Shown: piece after piece, positions 1-10,788 of the stretch
How positions within the stretch are numbered: position 1 is the first letter of the stretch
Layout: the number at the start of each line of letters is the position of its first letter
Source of the DNA: Anthoceros angustus
Lineage: Eukaryota > Plantae > Anthocerotophyta
Assembly: GCA_010909165.1 (NCBI GenBank)
Contig: VJWM01000068.1
Coordinates: forward strand, 992,001 to 1,056,000
Direction of reading: 5' to 3'
Length of the DNA stretch: 64,000 bases
The notes under the pieces: model-generated
Databases searched by the model: none
What the model saw: only the letters and a program-made list of their open reading frames with translations
What the model was told of the DNA's origin: nothing
Translations under genes and position numbers: made by a program

Positions 1-1176
1 GAATGATTATTTGGCGCGGCGGGATTGCGAGTGGGTCGGGCAGGTGCATAGGTTTTGGGGCTGAAGGTTGGGCTGATTCAGCAGGGGATGAGTCCCGGAA
101 AGGCGGAGAGTTATGGTTGTGATGTTACTTATGTGACGAACAGTGAGCTCAGGTTTGATTTTTGAGGGATAATCTGGCGACGAGCAAGGAGGATTTGGTG
201 CTTCAGGGTTTAATTTTGTGTGATTGATGAGGTGGATTCGATTCTGATTGATGAGGCCAGGACCCCGTTGATCATTTCTGGGTCTGCGGAGAAGCCCAGT
301 GAGAGGTATTTGAAGGCGGCGAAGATTGCCGCGGTGTTTGCCAAGGATGTGCATTACACGGTGGATGAGAAGCAGAAGACGGTGCTGGTGACGGAGCAGG
401 GGTATGAGGCCGCGAGGATATTTTGCAGGTCAAGGATTTGTATGATCCAGGAGCAGTGGGCGAGTTATCTGTTGAATGCGATCAAGGCGAAGGAGTTGTT
501 TCTGCGGGATGTGAATTACATCGTGCGCGCGGGGGAGGTGATGATTGTGGATGAGTTTACTGGGAGGGTGATGCAGGGAAGGCGGTGGAGTGACGGGCTG
601 CACCAGGCTGTGGAGGCGAAGGAGGGCGTCAAGATCCAGAACGAGACGGTGACGCTGGCGTCCATCTCGTACCAGAACTTCTTCCTGCAGTATCCCAAGC
701 TGTGCGGGATGACGGGACAGCGGCCACCGAGAGCCAGGAGTTCAGGAGCATCTACAAGCTGAAGGTGACGGTGGTGCCCACCAACAAGCCCATGGTGCGG
801 AAGGATGAATCGGACGTGGTGTTCAGGACCGCGAGCGGGAAGTGGCGCGCCGCGGTGGTGGAGATTGCGAGAATGCATAAGACAGGAGGCCGGTGCTGGT
901 GGGGACGACGAGTGTGGAGCAGAGCGAGGCGTTGTCAAGACAGCTGCAGGAGGCTGGGATCGCGCACCAGGTGCTGAATGCGAAGCCGGAGAATGTGGAA
1001 AGGAGTCGGAGATCGTTGCGCAGAGTGGGAGGCTTGGGGCCGTCACCATAGCGACCAATATGGCGGGCGCGGGACGGATATCATCTTGGGGAACGCGGAC
1101 TTCATGGCGAAGTTGAAGCTACGGGAGATGCTGATGCCGCAGGTGGTGAAGCTCGCGGATGGCGAGATTCCGTTCC
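1..1176 (+). pseudogene. SECA1: Internal fragment of chloroplast SecA (duplicate of 3156-4344; truncated copy or assembly echo)
   Basis: Near-identical to 3156-4344. Encodes [28 protein letters not shown] and GRGTDIIL, with several single-base indels. Ends at the junction at 1176. Confidence 0.9.
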
Positions 1177-1212
1177 CCACAACCCGCCACGGACTAACGA
1201 GGAGTACAAATT

Positions 1213-1863
1213 TCAACTACCATCTTCAGCTCTGTGCTGTCCGCCGTAGACGTGCTGGTGTCGGTGTTGGTGCCGATGCTCGCCTGGCCCACTCCTGAGC
1301 CTTAGGGCTTTATTCTTCGCCCTGCTGCCCTGCTGCTCCCACCGATTCTTCCCGCTAGGAGCATCAGCAGCGCCTGGGAATTGCACCATCATGCCCAACA
1401 CGAACCCAACCACCAGCGCCGGCAGGTACTTCGCCAGCCCCAGCGCCGGCGACAACCAACTCTGTCGACGCACATTCTTCTGCACCGCTCTCTGCTTCGA
1501 GGGCACACCTTTCTGCAACCCAAATCCGCCACAGTCTCGTCACCAAATCCCACTCCCGCACCAACACACCCCAAACAAACACAAAGCACCCATCTCACAT
1601 CCGGCTTTTCAAATCTCTCCTCCGCCTTCACGGGCCAAACCAAGCGCCTCAGCACCCCGATGTTAGAGATTTTCTCACCAGAGCCGTTCTCACGCTCTTG
1701 CTACATTCACAAAACTCCACACCATAACTCCAACCGCAATAACACCAAACATCTCACACACACAACAACACGCCAAAATCATTCCCCCACAGCCCACCCA
1801 TCTCACCGGCTTCCCTTCCTTCGGCTCCTGCTGGTGCTTCCACAGACAACCGAACGGAGACAT
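1213..1863 (-). CDS. Hypothetical ~152-aa single-pass membrane protein, 3 exons
   Basis: Exons 1863-1807, 1700-1599 and 1512-1213 join in frame across two phase-0 introns (1806-1701 and 1598-1513; GTGAGA donors, TAG/CAG acceptors). Product: [27 protein letters not shown]...[13 protein letters not shown]...[17 protein letters not shown]...HRHQHRHQH...EDGS*. The start codon is uncertain. Confidence 0.55.
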
Positions 1864-2089
1864 GTCGCTCCCGTCCCCCCGTTATGCAGTCAGGCCAGCC
1901 TCACCCTGTACCGCAAGGATGAAGAATCTTCCTTCTCCCACGCTTCCCCAAATTCGGCCTTGCCCCGCTCCCCGCACCACCTCCCCAGACATGGTCGCAC
2001 CATCTGCTACACACACAAATTCCTGAGTCGTGAATCGTGAGCTTCTCGGGACCAGCAGCAGGCATGCTTGTTTGGGTCTGGGATTTTTG

Positions 2090-2150
2090 GTTCATTAAAT
2101 TGATTAAATATTATTTAACTTCTACATAAAATAAACTGGAGTTAAAACGT
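2090..2150. promoter_or_regulatory. AT-rich core of a probable bidirectional promoter (unknown gene / SECA1)
   Basis: Abrupt AT-rich island (ttcattaaattgattaaatattatttaacttctacataaaataaa) between two divergent starts in otherwise GC-rich DNA. Confidence 0.4.
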
Positions 2151-2485
2151 AGGTCAAAGCTGGAGAAAGCGAGACCGTGAATGTGTTAGACACACAGTGT
2201 GATTAGGGTTGTAATAAAAAGGCGTGGATAGGCAAATCGAGTCGTGGCAGGAGGTACATATGTTGGCGAGATATGTCGAAGTTGTCATCCAATGAGGAAG
2301 CGATAATGCGAGCCGAGGGGATGCTTGGCTCGCAGCGGCCTTGGCGGAAAACCCTGACCAGGGCGGGGACGGGAGGAGCAGCTCGCAGCATGGGCAGATC
2401 GAGACGGCGGCGCGAGAGGAATCGAGACGGGGAGGAAGACGAGGAAGAGCTCGAGTGAGGAGGAGGAAGGGGAGGAGGAAGAGGA

Positions 2486-5400
2486 ATGGCGGCGCACACT
2501 GTAGCTGCGGTTGTGTGCTCGGAAGTGGCCGGGGTGGCGGGGAGCTGCTACCATCTCTCCGGCTCCCCGGCGCTGTCGCGGGCGCCGTCGTCTTTGCTGC
2601 TGGGATCGTCGCCGCCGCCACCGTCGCCTCTGGTGCACTACAATGGCCTGCACCGATCGCACAGCGAGACGGCCGTGGGGTCCTTTCTGGGCCAGCGGGG
2701 CCGCTCTGGATGGAGGCGCAGCAGCAGCAGCAGCCGAGGGGAGGAGCGCGGCGGCGTCGGCCTCCTGGGGGTTTCTGGGAGGGCTGTTCAAGGGCAGGAT
2801 TCCGGGAGGGCACGCGGCAGGAGTACGCCAGCGCGGTCGGGGCGGTGAATTCCCTGGAGGCGGAGATGCGGGAGCTTTCGGACGAGGGACTGAGGGGGAG
2901 AACGGAGGAGCTTCGTGCCAGGGTTGCGGGCGGGGAGGGTCTGGATTCCGTGCTGCCGGAGGCGTTTGCCGTGGTGCGGGAGGGGGCCAAGCGGGTGTTA
3001 GGGTTGCGGCCGTTCGACGTGCAGTTGATTGGAGGGATGGTGCTGCATCGCGGCGAGATCGCGGAGATGCGGACCGGGGAGGGGAAAACGCTCGTGGCGG
3101 TGCTCCCGGCGTATTTGAACGCGTTGGGAGGGAAGGGCGTGCATTCGGTGACGGTGAATGATTATTTGGCGCGGCGGGATTGCGAGTGGGTCGGGCAGGT
3201 GCATAGGTTTTTGGGGCTGAAGGTTGGGCTGATTCAGCAGGGGATGAGTCCCGCGGAAAGGCGGGAGAGTTATGGTTGTGATGTTACTTATGTGACGAAC
3301 AGTGAGCTCGGGTTTGATTTTTTGAGGGATAATCTGGCGACGAGCAAGGAGGATTTGGTGCTTCGGGGGTTTAATTTTTGTGTGATTGATGAGGTGGATT
3401 CGATTCTGATTGATGAGGCCAGGACCCCGTTGATCATTTCTGGGTCTGCGGAGAAGCCCAGTGAGAGGTATTTGAAGGCGGCGAAGATTGCCGCGGTGTT
3501 TGCCAAGGATGTGCATTACACGGTGGATGAGAAGCAGAAGACGGTGCTGGTGACGGAGCAGGGGTATGAGGCCGCGGAGGATATTTTGCAGGTCAAGGAT
3601 TTGTATGATCCGCGGGAGCAGTGGGCGAGTTATCTGTTGAATGCGATCAAGGCGAAGGAGTTGTTTCTGCGGGATGTGAATTACATCGTGCGCGCGGGGG
3701 AGGTGATGATTGTGGATGAGTTTACTGGGAGGGTGATGCAGGGAAGGCGGTGGAGTGACGGGCTGCACCAGGCTGTGGAGGCGAAGGAGGGCGTCAAGAT
3801 CCAGAACGAGACGGTGACGCTGGCGTCCATCTCGTACCAGAACTTCTTCCTGCAGTATCCCAAGCTGTGCGGGATGACGGGGACGGCGGCCACCGAGAGC
3901 CAGGAGTTCGGGAGCATCTACAAGCTGAAGGTGACGGTGGTGCCCACCAACAAGCCCATGGTGCGGAAGGATGAATCGGACGTGGTGTTCAGGACCGCGA
4001 GCGGGAAGTGGCGCGCCGCGGTGGTGGAGATTGCGAGAATGCATAAGACAGGGAGGCCGGTGCTGGTGGGGACGACGAGTGTGGAGCAGAGCGAGGCGTT
4101 GTCAAGACAGCTGCAGGAGGCTGGGATCGCGCACCAGGTGCTGAATGCGAAGCCGGAGAATGTGGAAAGGAGTCGGAGATCGTTGCGCAGAGTGGGAGGC
4201 TTGGGGCCGTCACCATAGCGACCAATATGGCGGGGCGCGGGACGGATATCATCTTGGGGAACGCGGACTTCATGGCGAAGTTGAAGCTACAGGAGATGCT
4301 GATGCCGCAGGTGGTGAAGCTCGCGGATGGCGAGATTCCGTTCCAGAAGGGGAGTAAGCTTCCGGTGAGGAAGTCGTGGAGCGCGAATCCGGCGCTGTTC
4401 CCATGCCCGCTGTCTCCAGCCGGGGCGGAGGTGGCGGGCGCCGCCTGCCGGGCGGCGACCGCGGCGTGGGGGCGGCGACCCTGACGGAGCTGGAGGCGGA
4501 GGAGCGGCTTTCCTACGCGTGCGAGAAGGGCCCGACGGAGGACGCGGTCGTGGCGGAGCTCCGGGGCGCGTTCCAGGCGCTGGTGTCGGAATACAGGGCG
4601 TTCACGGAGCGGGAGCGGCAGCAGGTGGTGTGGCAGGAGGGCTGCATGTTGTCGGCACGGAGCGGCACGAGAGTCGGAGGATCGACAACCAGCTCCGCGG
4701 GCGGAGCGGGCGGCAAGGCGATCCGGGAGCTCCTGATTCTTCCTCAGCCTGGAGGACAATTTGTTCCGGATCTTCGGCGGGGACCGGATCCAGGCTCTGA
4801 TGCGGGCCTTCCGGGTGGAGGACCTCCCGATCGAGTCCAAAATGCTGACGCGCAGCCTGGACGAGGCGCAGCGCAAGGTGGAGAGCTACTTCTTCGACAT
4901 CCGGAAGCAGCTGTTCGAGTACGACGAGGTGCTCAACAGCCAGCGCGACCGGGTGTACAGCGAGCGCCGGCGCGCGCTGGTGTCTCCTTCCTTGCAGCCG
5001 CAGATGATGGAGTACGCGGAGCTGACCATGGAGGACATCGTGAACGCCTACGTCCCGGCCTCGGCGCCGCGGGAGCAGTGGAATCTGGACTCGCTTTGCG
5101 CCAAGGTGCGGCAGTATTGTTACCTGCTGGACGATCTCCGGCCCGAGCAGATCTCGAGCAGTGCGAGACGGTGGACGCGCTCCGGGACTTCCTCCGCGCC
5201 GCGGGCAGGGACGCGTACGTGAGGAAGCGCGCGAGGTGGAGGGCCAGGCCGCGGGGTTGATGACCGAGGCGGAAAGATACTTCGTGCTTTCGCAGACAGA
5301 TAATCTGTGGAAGGAGCATCTGCAAGCCCTGAAGTTTGTGCAGACGGCGGTTGGCTTGCGCGGTTACGCGCAAAGAGACCCGCTGATAGAGTACAAGCTC

Positions 5401-5589
5401 GAGGGATATAATCTCTTTCTTGACATGATGGCGCAGATCCGCCGCAATGTCATATACTCTGTCTACCAGTTCAAGCCCGTCATGGTGAAGCCCGAGGCCG
5501 AGCAGGCCCAACAACAGGCTTCTGCTTCTTCTTCGTCTTCTGCTCCTCCTTCCTCTTCTGCTACTGTAGCTAGCCGAAGGACTCGATGA
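2486..5589 (+). CDS. SECA1: Chloroplast preprotein translocase SecA1, intronless; the only full-length copy (several frameshifting indels)
   Basis: Ser/Ala/Arg-rich transit-peptide-like N-terminus. Walker A (MRTGEGKT), DEVD, GRGTDI, the plastid/cyanobacterial-type insertion, [23 protein letters not shown] and [14 protein letters not shown] are all present. The frame is recovered by single-base corrections in G runs, with no intron-sized gaps. Confidence 0.95.
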
Positions 5590-5704
5590 TGTTCGTCTTT
5601 CCCTTGGCACACTGATTTTTTTGCCTTCCTCGAGAATGCACGCCCCGATGCTTCTTGCATGTAGAAGAGAGTGAGTGAGGAAAGGTAGTGAGGTAAAACA
5701 TGGT

Positions 5705-6064
5705 TCATTCCTTGGCACACGATGCCTAGGAAGGCCTTGAGAATGTCATAGGCTACAAATCTGATGCCGTTTTGAGGCACGATCTTGATGGAGTTGGCCC
5801 ACAGGTAGTAGCCTACTGCAACCCAGTCGACTGCATGTCAAGTGCTGGAGACAATGACGAAACAACAGGGGTTGCTTGGCTGGAGGATGGGCTACATAGT
5901 GTACCTTACGCCTTCGTGGTGGTATATGGTTGTGAGTGCCTGCCAAGTGCTGGCGTAGGACGAGGTTTGCATCTGGAAATCGTTTGTAAGTGTGTGCGAG
6001 AGAGCTGGGTTGGCTGGAATGAAAGTAGAGATGTCTACCTGCATTCGCCTGCGAACTGTGTCTA
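5705..6064 (-). pseudogene. 3' fragment of the SLC25 carrier (duplicate)
   Basis: Matches 10789-11158 ([26 protein letters not shown]). Cut at junction 6064. Confidence 0.8.
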
Positions 6065-7928
6065 CTGGGAGGGTGATGCAGGAAGGCGGTGGGTGACGGG
6101 CTGCACCAGGCTGTGGAGGCGAAGGAGGGCGTCAAGATCCAGAACGAGACGGTGACGCTGGCGTCCATCTCGTACCAGAACTTCTTCCTGCAGTATCCCA
6201 AGCTGTGCGGGATGACAGGGACGGCGGCCACCGAGAGCCAGGAGTTCGGGAGCATCTACAAGCTGAAGGTGACGGTGGTGCCCACCAACAAGCCCATGGT
6301 GCGGAAGGATGAATCGGACGTGGTGTTCAGGACCGCGAGCGGGAAGTGGCGCGCCGCGGTGGTGGAGATTGCGAGAATGCATAAGACAGGGAGGCCGGTG
6401 CTGGTGGGGACGACGAGTGTGGAGCAGAGCGAGGCGTTGTCAAGACAGCTGCAGGAGGCTGGGATCGCGCACCAGGTGCTGAATGCGAAGCCGGAGAATG
6501 TGGAAAGGAGTCGGAGATCGTTGCGCAGAGTGGGAGGCTTGGGGCCGTCACCATAGCGACCAATATGGCGGGGCGCGGGACGGATATCATCTTGGGGAAC
6601 GCGGACTTCATGGCGAAGTTGAAGCTACAGGAGATGCTGATGCCGCAGGTGGTGAAGCTCGCGGATGGCGAGATTCCGTTCCAGAAGGGGAGTAAGCTTC
6701 CGGTGAGGAAGTCGTGGAGCGCGAATCCGGCGCTGTTCCCATGCCCGCTGTCTCCAGCCGGGGCGGAGGTGGCGGGCGCCGCCTGCCGGGCGGCGACCGC
6801 GGCGTGGGGGCGGCGACCCTGACGGAGCTGGAGGCGGAGGAGCGGCTTTCCTACGCGTGCGAGAAGGGCCCGACGGAGGACGCGGTCGTGGCGGAGCTCC
6901 GGGGCGCGTTCCAGGCGCTGGTGTCGGAATACAGGGCGTTCACGGAGCGGGAGCGGCAGCAGGTGGTGGCGGCAGGAGGGCTGCATGTTGTCGGCACGGA
7001 GCGGCACGAGAGTCGGAGGATCGACAACCAGCTCCGCGGGCGGAGCGGGCGGCAAGGCGATCCGGGGAGCTCCCGATTCTTCCTCAGCCTGGAGGACAAT
7101 TTGTTCCGGATCTTCGGCGGGGACCGGATCCAGGCTCTGATGCGGGCCTTCCGGGTGGAGGACCTCCCGATCGAGTCCAAAATGCTGACGCGCAGCCTGG
7201 ACGAGGCGCAGCGCAAGGTGGAGAGCTACTTCTTCGACATCCGGAAGCAGCTGTTCGAGTACGACGAGGTGCTCAACAGCCAGCGCGACCGGGTGTACAG
7301 CGAGCGCCGGCGCGCGCTGGTGTCTCCTTCCTTGCAGCCGCAGATGATGGAGTACGCGGAGCTGACCATGGAGGACATCGTGAACGCCTACGTCCCGGCC
7401 TCGGCGCCGCGGGAGCAGTGGAATCTGGACTCGCTTTGCGCCAAGGTGCGGCAGTATTGTTACCTGCTGGACGATCTCCGGCCCGAGCAGATCTCCGAGC
7501 AGTGCGAGACGGTGGACGCGCTGGGACTTCCTCCGCGCCGCAGGCAGGGACGCGTACGTGAGGAAGCGCGCCGAGGTGGAGGGCCAGGCCGCGGGGTTGA
7601 TGACCGAGGCGGAAAGATACTTCGTGCTTTCGCAGACAGATAATCTGTGGAAGGAGCATCTGCAAGCCCTGAAGTTTGTGCAGACGGCGGTTGGCTTGCG
7701 CGGTTACGCGCAAAGAGACCCGCTGATAGAGTACAAGCTCGAGGGATATAATCTCTTTCTTGACATGATGGCGCAGATCCGCCGCAATGTCATATACTCT
7801 GTCTACCAGTTCAAGCCCGTCATGGTGAAGCCGAGGCCGAGCAGGCCCAACAACAGGCTTCTGCTTCTTCTTCGTCTTCTGCTCCTCCTTCCTCTTCTGC
7901 TACTGTAGCTAGCCGAAGGACTCGATGA
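6063..7928 (+). pseudogene. SECA1: 5'-truncated SecA duplicate
   Basis: Restarts at the sequence of position 3723 ([10 protein letters not shown]) and runs to the same stop codon. Confidence 0.9.
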
Positions 7929-8041
7929 TGTTCGTCTTTCCCTTGGCACACTGATTTTTGCCTTCCTCGAGAATGCACGCCCCGATGCTTCTTGCATGTA
8001 GAAGAGAGTGAGTGAGGAAAGGTAGTGAGGTAAAACATGGT

Positions 8042-9672
8042 TCATTCCTTGGCACACTTGGTGATGCCTAGGAAGGCCTTGAGAATGTCATAGGCTACAA
8101 ATCTGATGCCGTTTTGAGGCACGATCTTGATGGAGTTGGCCCACAGGCCACGGTAGTAGCCTGCAACCCAGTCGACTGCATGTCAAGTGCTGGAGACAAT
8201 GACGAAACAACAGGGGTTGCTTGGCTGGAGGATGGGCTACATAGTGTACCTTACGCCTTCGTGGTGGTATATGGTTGTGAGTGCCTGCCAAGTGCTGGCG
8301 TAGGACGAGGTTTGCATCTGGAAATCGTTTGTAAGTGTGTGCGAGAGAGCTGGGTTGGCTGGAATGAAAGTAGAGATGTCTACCTGCATTCGCCTGCGAA
8401 CTGTGTCTAAAGGGTAGCATGTGGTTGTGGCCACCATGCCTGCAGCTGAGCCTATCAGCAGGGTGATGGATGCCATCTCCTGAACTTGGCCGGCATCATA
8501 TACTAGTTTCTTCAACATGTCATATCTGAATACGAGTGACAGACATGTCAATATATCACATCCAGCTGATTCAGGCATGAGAAGTTTGAAGTTTGACACG
8601 GTTTGTGGTTGGGTGGGCACTTACGAGGCAAAATTGATGGCTGCGTAGGGGTGATGGCAATAATGGATGGAGAGAGTCCTTTGTACAAAGCGGAAATTCC
8701 CTCCTGGACAGACAGACAAGGTAAAGCTATCTGCCAGGAAGTGCAGGAAAGAACATATGGATGGATGGAAGCGAAAGTTGTGAGTATTACCTTGGCCAGA
8801 ATCGTGCGGAGTACGGAGGATGCCTGAATACTCTGCGTCTGGCAACGCCAGTCTCAACCGCAATGTGTCCAGGGATGGGTTAAGGATGTTGCTGTGATTC
8901 CAGCCAGAGCCCCAGCTAACAGTCGTTGGCGCACTGTGAGCTTGCAATCAGGCCCAGCTAGTAGCTCCTTGTAGAGGTCGTGGGACATGAACTGGCAACG
9001 CAGTTGAGAGTCAGAAAGGTAGAACAGACAACGTTCAAGGCACAGGACAATTTGAAGTAACTTGTGTGTCTTACATCACATCGAGCTCCATGACTACAAA
9101 CTGCCCTCTACTTCGTTAACCTCTAAGAGACACAGTTCATGCTCTTTGCATGGACTGTCTCCACAGGAGAAGAGTTAACAACATGAAAACATCACCTGCA
9201 GATGAGGTGAAGAATAATAAGCACCTGCGATGCGAGGCACTCCTACAGCAACCTGATGACTCTAACGTTTAAGCACAGACGGCAATTTGCCATCCACGGA
9301 CAGTGTTGAGACATACCTGCGCAGCAGAATAGGGAAGATCCTGATCACGTTGGCTCCATTCCCAGTAGGCACGAGCCCTTCCTCGTGCCAGATCTTTGAA
9401 AGAGCCTGCCCCACAGAACTGTAAGGCGCGGAATGCAGCCCCACTGGCTGACATGTTGCACCTGCCCACCACCACCACCACCATCAGCTGCCACCCCAAG
9501 ACTACTACTACTCAGGCGCGTGCCCGCATGCAGCTTTCACATACTTGCCTGAAAGAGGATCTTAACACGGTCCAGAGGAGCTGTGCACGTCCGGGCAACA
9601 GCACCTGCCAACCCACCTGCTAACAGAAGCTTCCCGACACGATCCAGCCGCGCTGTATTTTCCGAGTCTCTC
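8042..9672 (-). pseudogene. SLC25 carrier duplicate lacking the first ~2 codons
   Basis: Same exons and introns as 10789-12445. Junction 9672 removes ATG ACA G. Confidence 0.8.
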
Positions 9673-10675
9673 GGAATACAGGGCGTTCACGGAGCGGAGC
9701 GGCAGCAGGTGGTGGCGGCAGGAGGGCTGCATGTTGTCGGCACGGAGCGGCACGAGAGTCGGAGGATCGACAACCAGCTCCGCGGGCGGAGCGGGCGGCA
9801 AGGCGATCCGGGAGCTCCTGATTCTTCCTCAGCCTGGAGGACAATTTGTTCCGGATCTTCGGCGGGGACCGGATCCAGGCTCTGATGCGGGCCTTCCGGG
9901 TGGAGGACCTCCCGATCGAGTCCAAAATGCTGACGCGCAGCCTGGACGAGGCGCAGCGCAAGGTGGAGAGCTACTTCTTCGACATCCGGAAGCAGCTGTT
10001 CGAGTACGACGAGGTGCTCAACAGCCAGCGCGACCGGGTGTACAGCGAGCGCCGGCGCGCGCTGGTGTCTCCTTCCTTGCAGCCGCAGATGATGGAGTAC
10101 GCGGAGCTGACCATGGAGGACATCGTGAACGCCTACGTCCCGGCCTCGGCGCCGCGGGAGCAGTGGAATCTGGACTCGCTTTGCGCCAAGGTGCGGCAGT
10201 ATTGTTACCTGCTGGACGATCTCCGGCCCGAGCAGATCTCCGAGCAGTGCGAGACGGTGGACGCGCTCCGGGACTTCCTCCGCGCCGCGGGCAGGGACGC
10301 GTACGTGAGGAAGCGCGCCGAGGTGGAGGGCCAGGCCGCGGGGTTGATGACCGAGGCGGAAAGATACTTCGTGCTTTCGCAGACAGATAATCTGTGGAAG
10401 GAGCATCTGCAAGCCCTGAAGTTTGTGCAGACGGCGGTTGGCTTGCGCGGTTACGCGCAAAGAGACCCGCTGATAGAGTACAAGCTCGAGGGATATAATC
10501 TCTTTCTTGACATGATGGCGCAGATCCGCCGCAATGTCATATACTCTGTCTACCAGTTCAAGCCCGTCATGGTGAAGCCGAGGCCGAGCAGGCCCAACAA
10601 CAGGCTTCTGCTTCTTCTTCGTCTTCTGCTCCTCCTTCCTCTTCTGCTACTGTAGCTAGCCGAAGGACTCGATGA
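9671..10675 (+). pseudogene. SECA1: 3' third of SecA (duplicate)
   Basis: Restarts at the sequence of 4586/6924. ORF 9846-10655 encodes the SecA wing/scaffold region. Confidence 0.9.
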
Positions 10676-10788
10676 TGTTCGTCTTTCCCTTGGCACACTG
10701 ATTTTTGCCTTCCTCGAGAATGCACGCCCCGATGCTTCTTGCATGTAGAAGAGAGTGAGTGAGGAAAGGTAGTGAGGTAAAACATGGT

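Larger units (their letters stand above)
3723..8409 (+). repeat. Direct tandem duplication, junction 6064, period ~2340, microhomology TA
   Basis: tgtgtcTA|ctgggaggg; compare tgtgtctaaagg (8402) and tttactgggagg (3721). Confidence 0.95.

Noticed and set aside
2486-5589. Bacterial secA (contaminant or horizontal transfer), suggested by the lack of introns and high GC
   Set aside because: It has a transit-peptide-like N-terminus, the plastid-type insertion and plant SECA1 wording, and it is flanked by spliced eukaryotic genes.
2154-7713. Long antisense and alternate-frame ORFs over SecA (e.g. 2154-2990, 2998-4044, 3989-4876)
   Set aside because: These are shadow ORFs expected in very GC-rich coding DNA.
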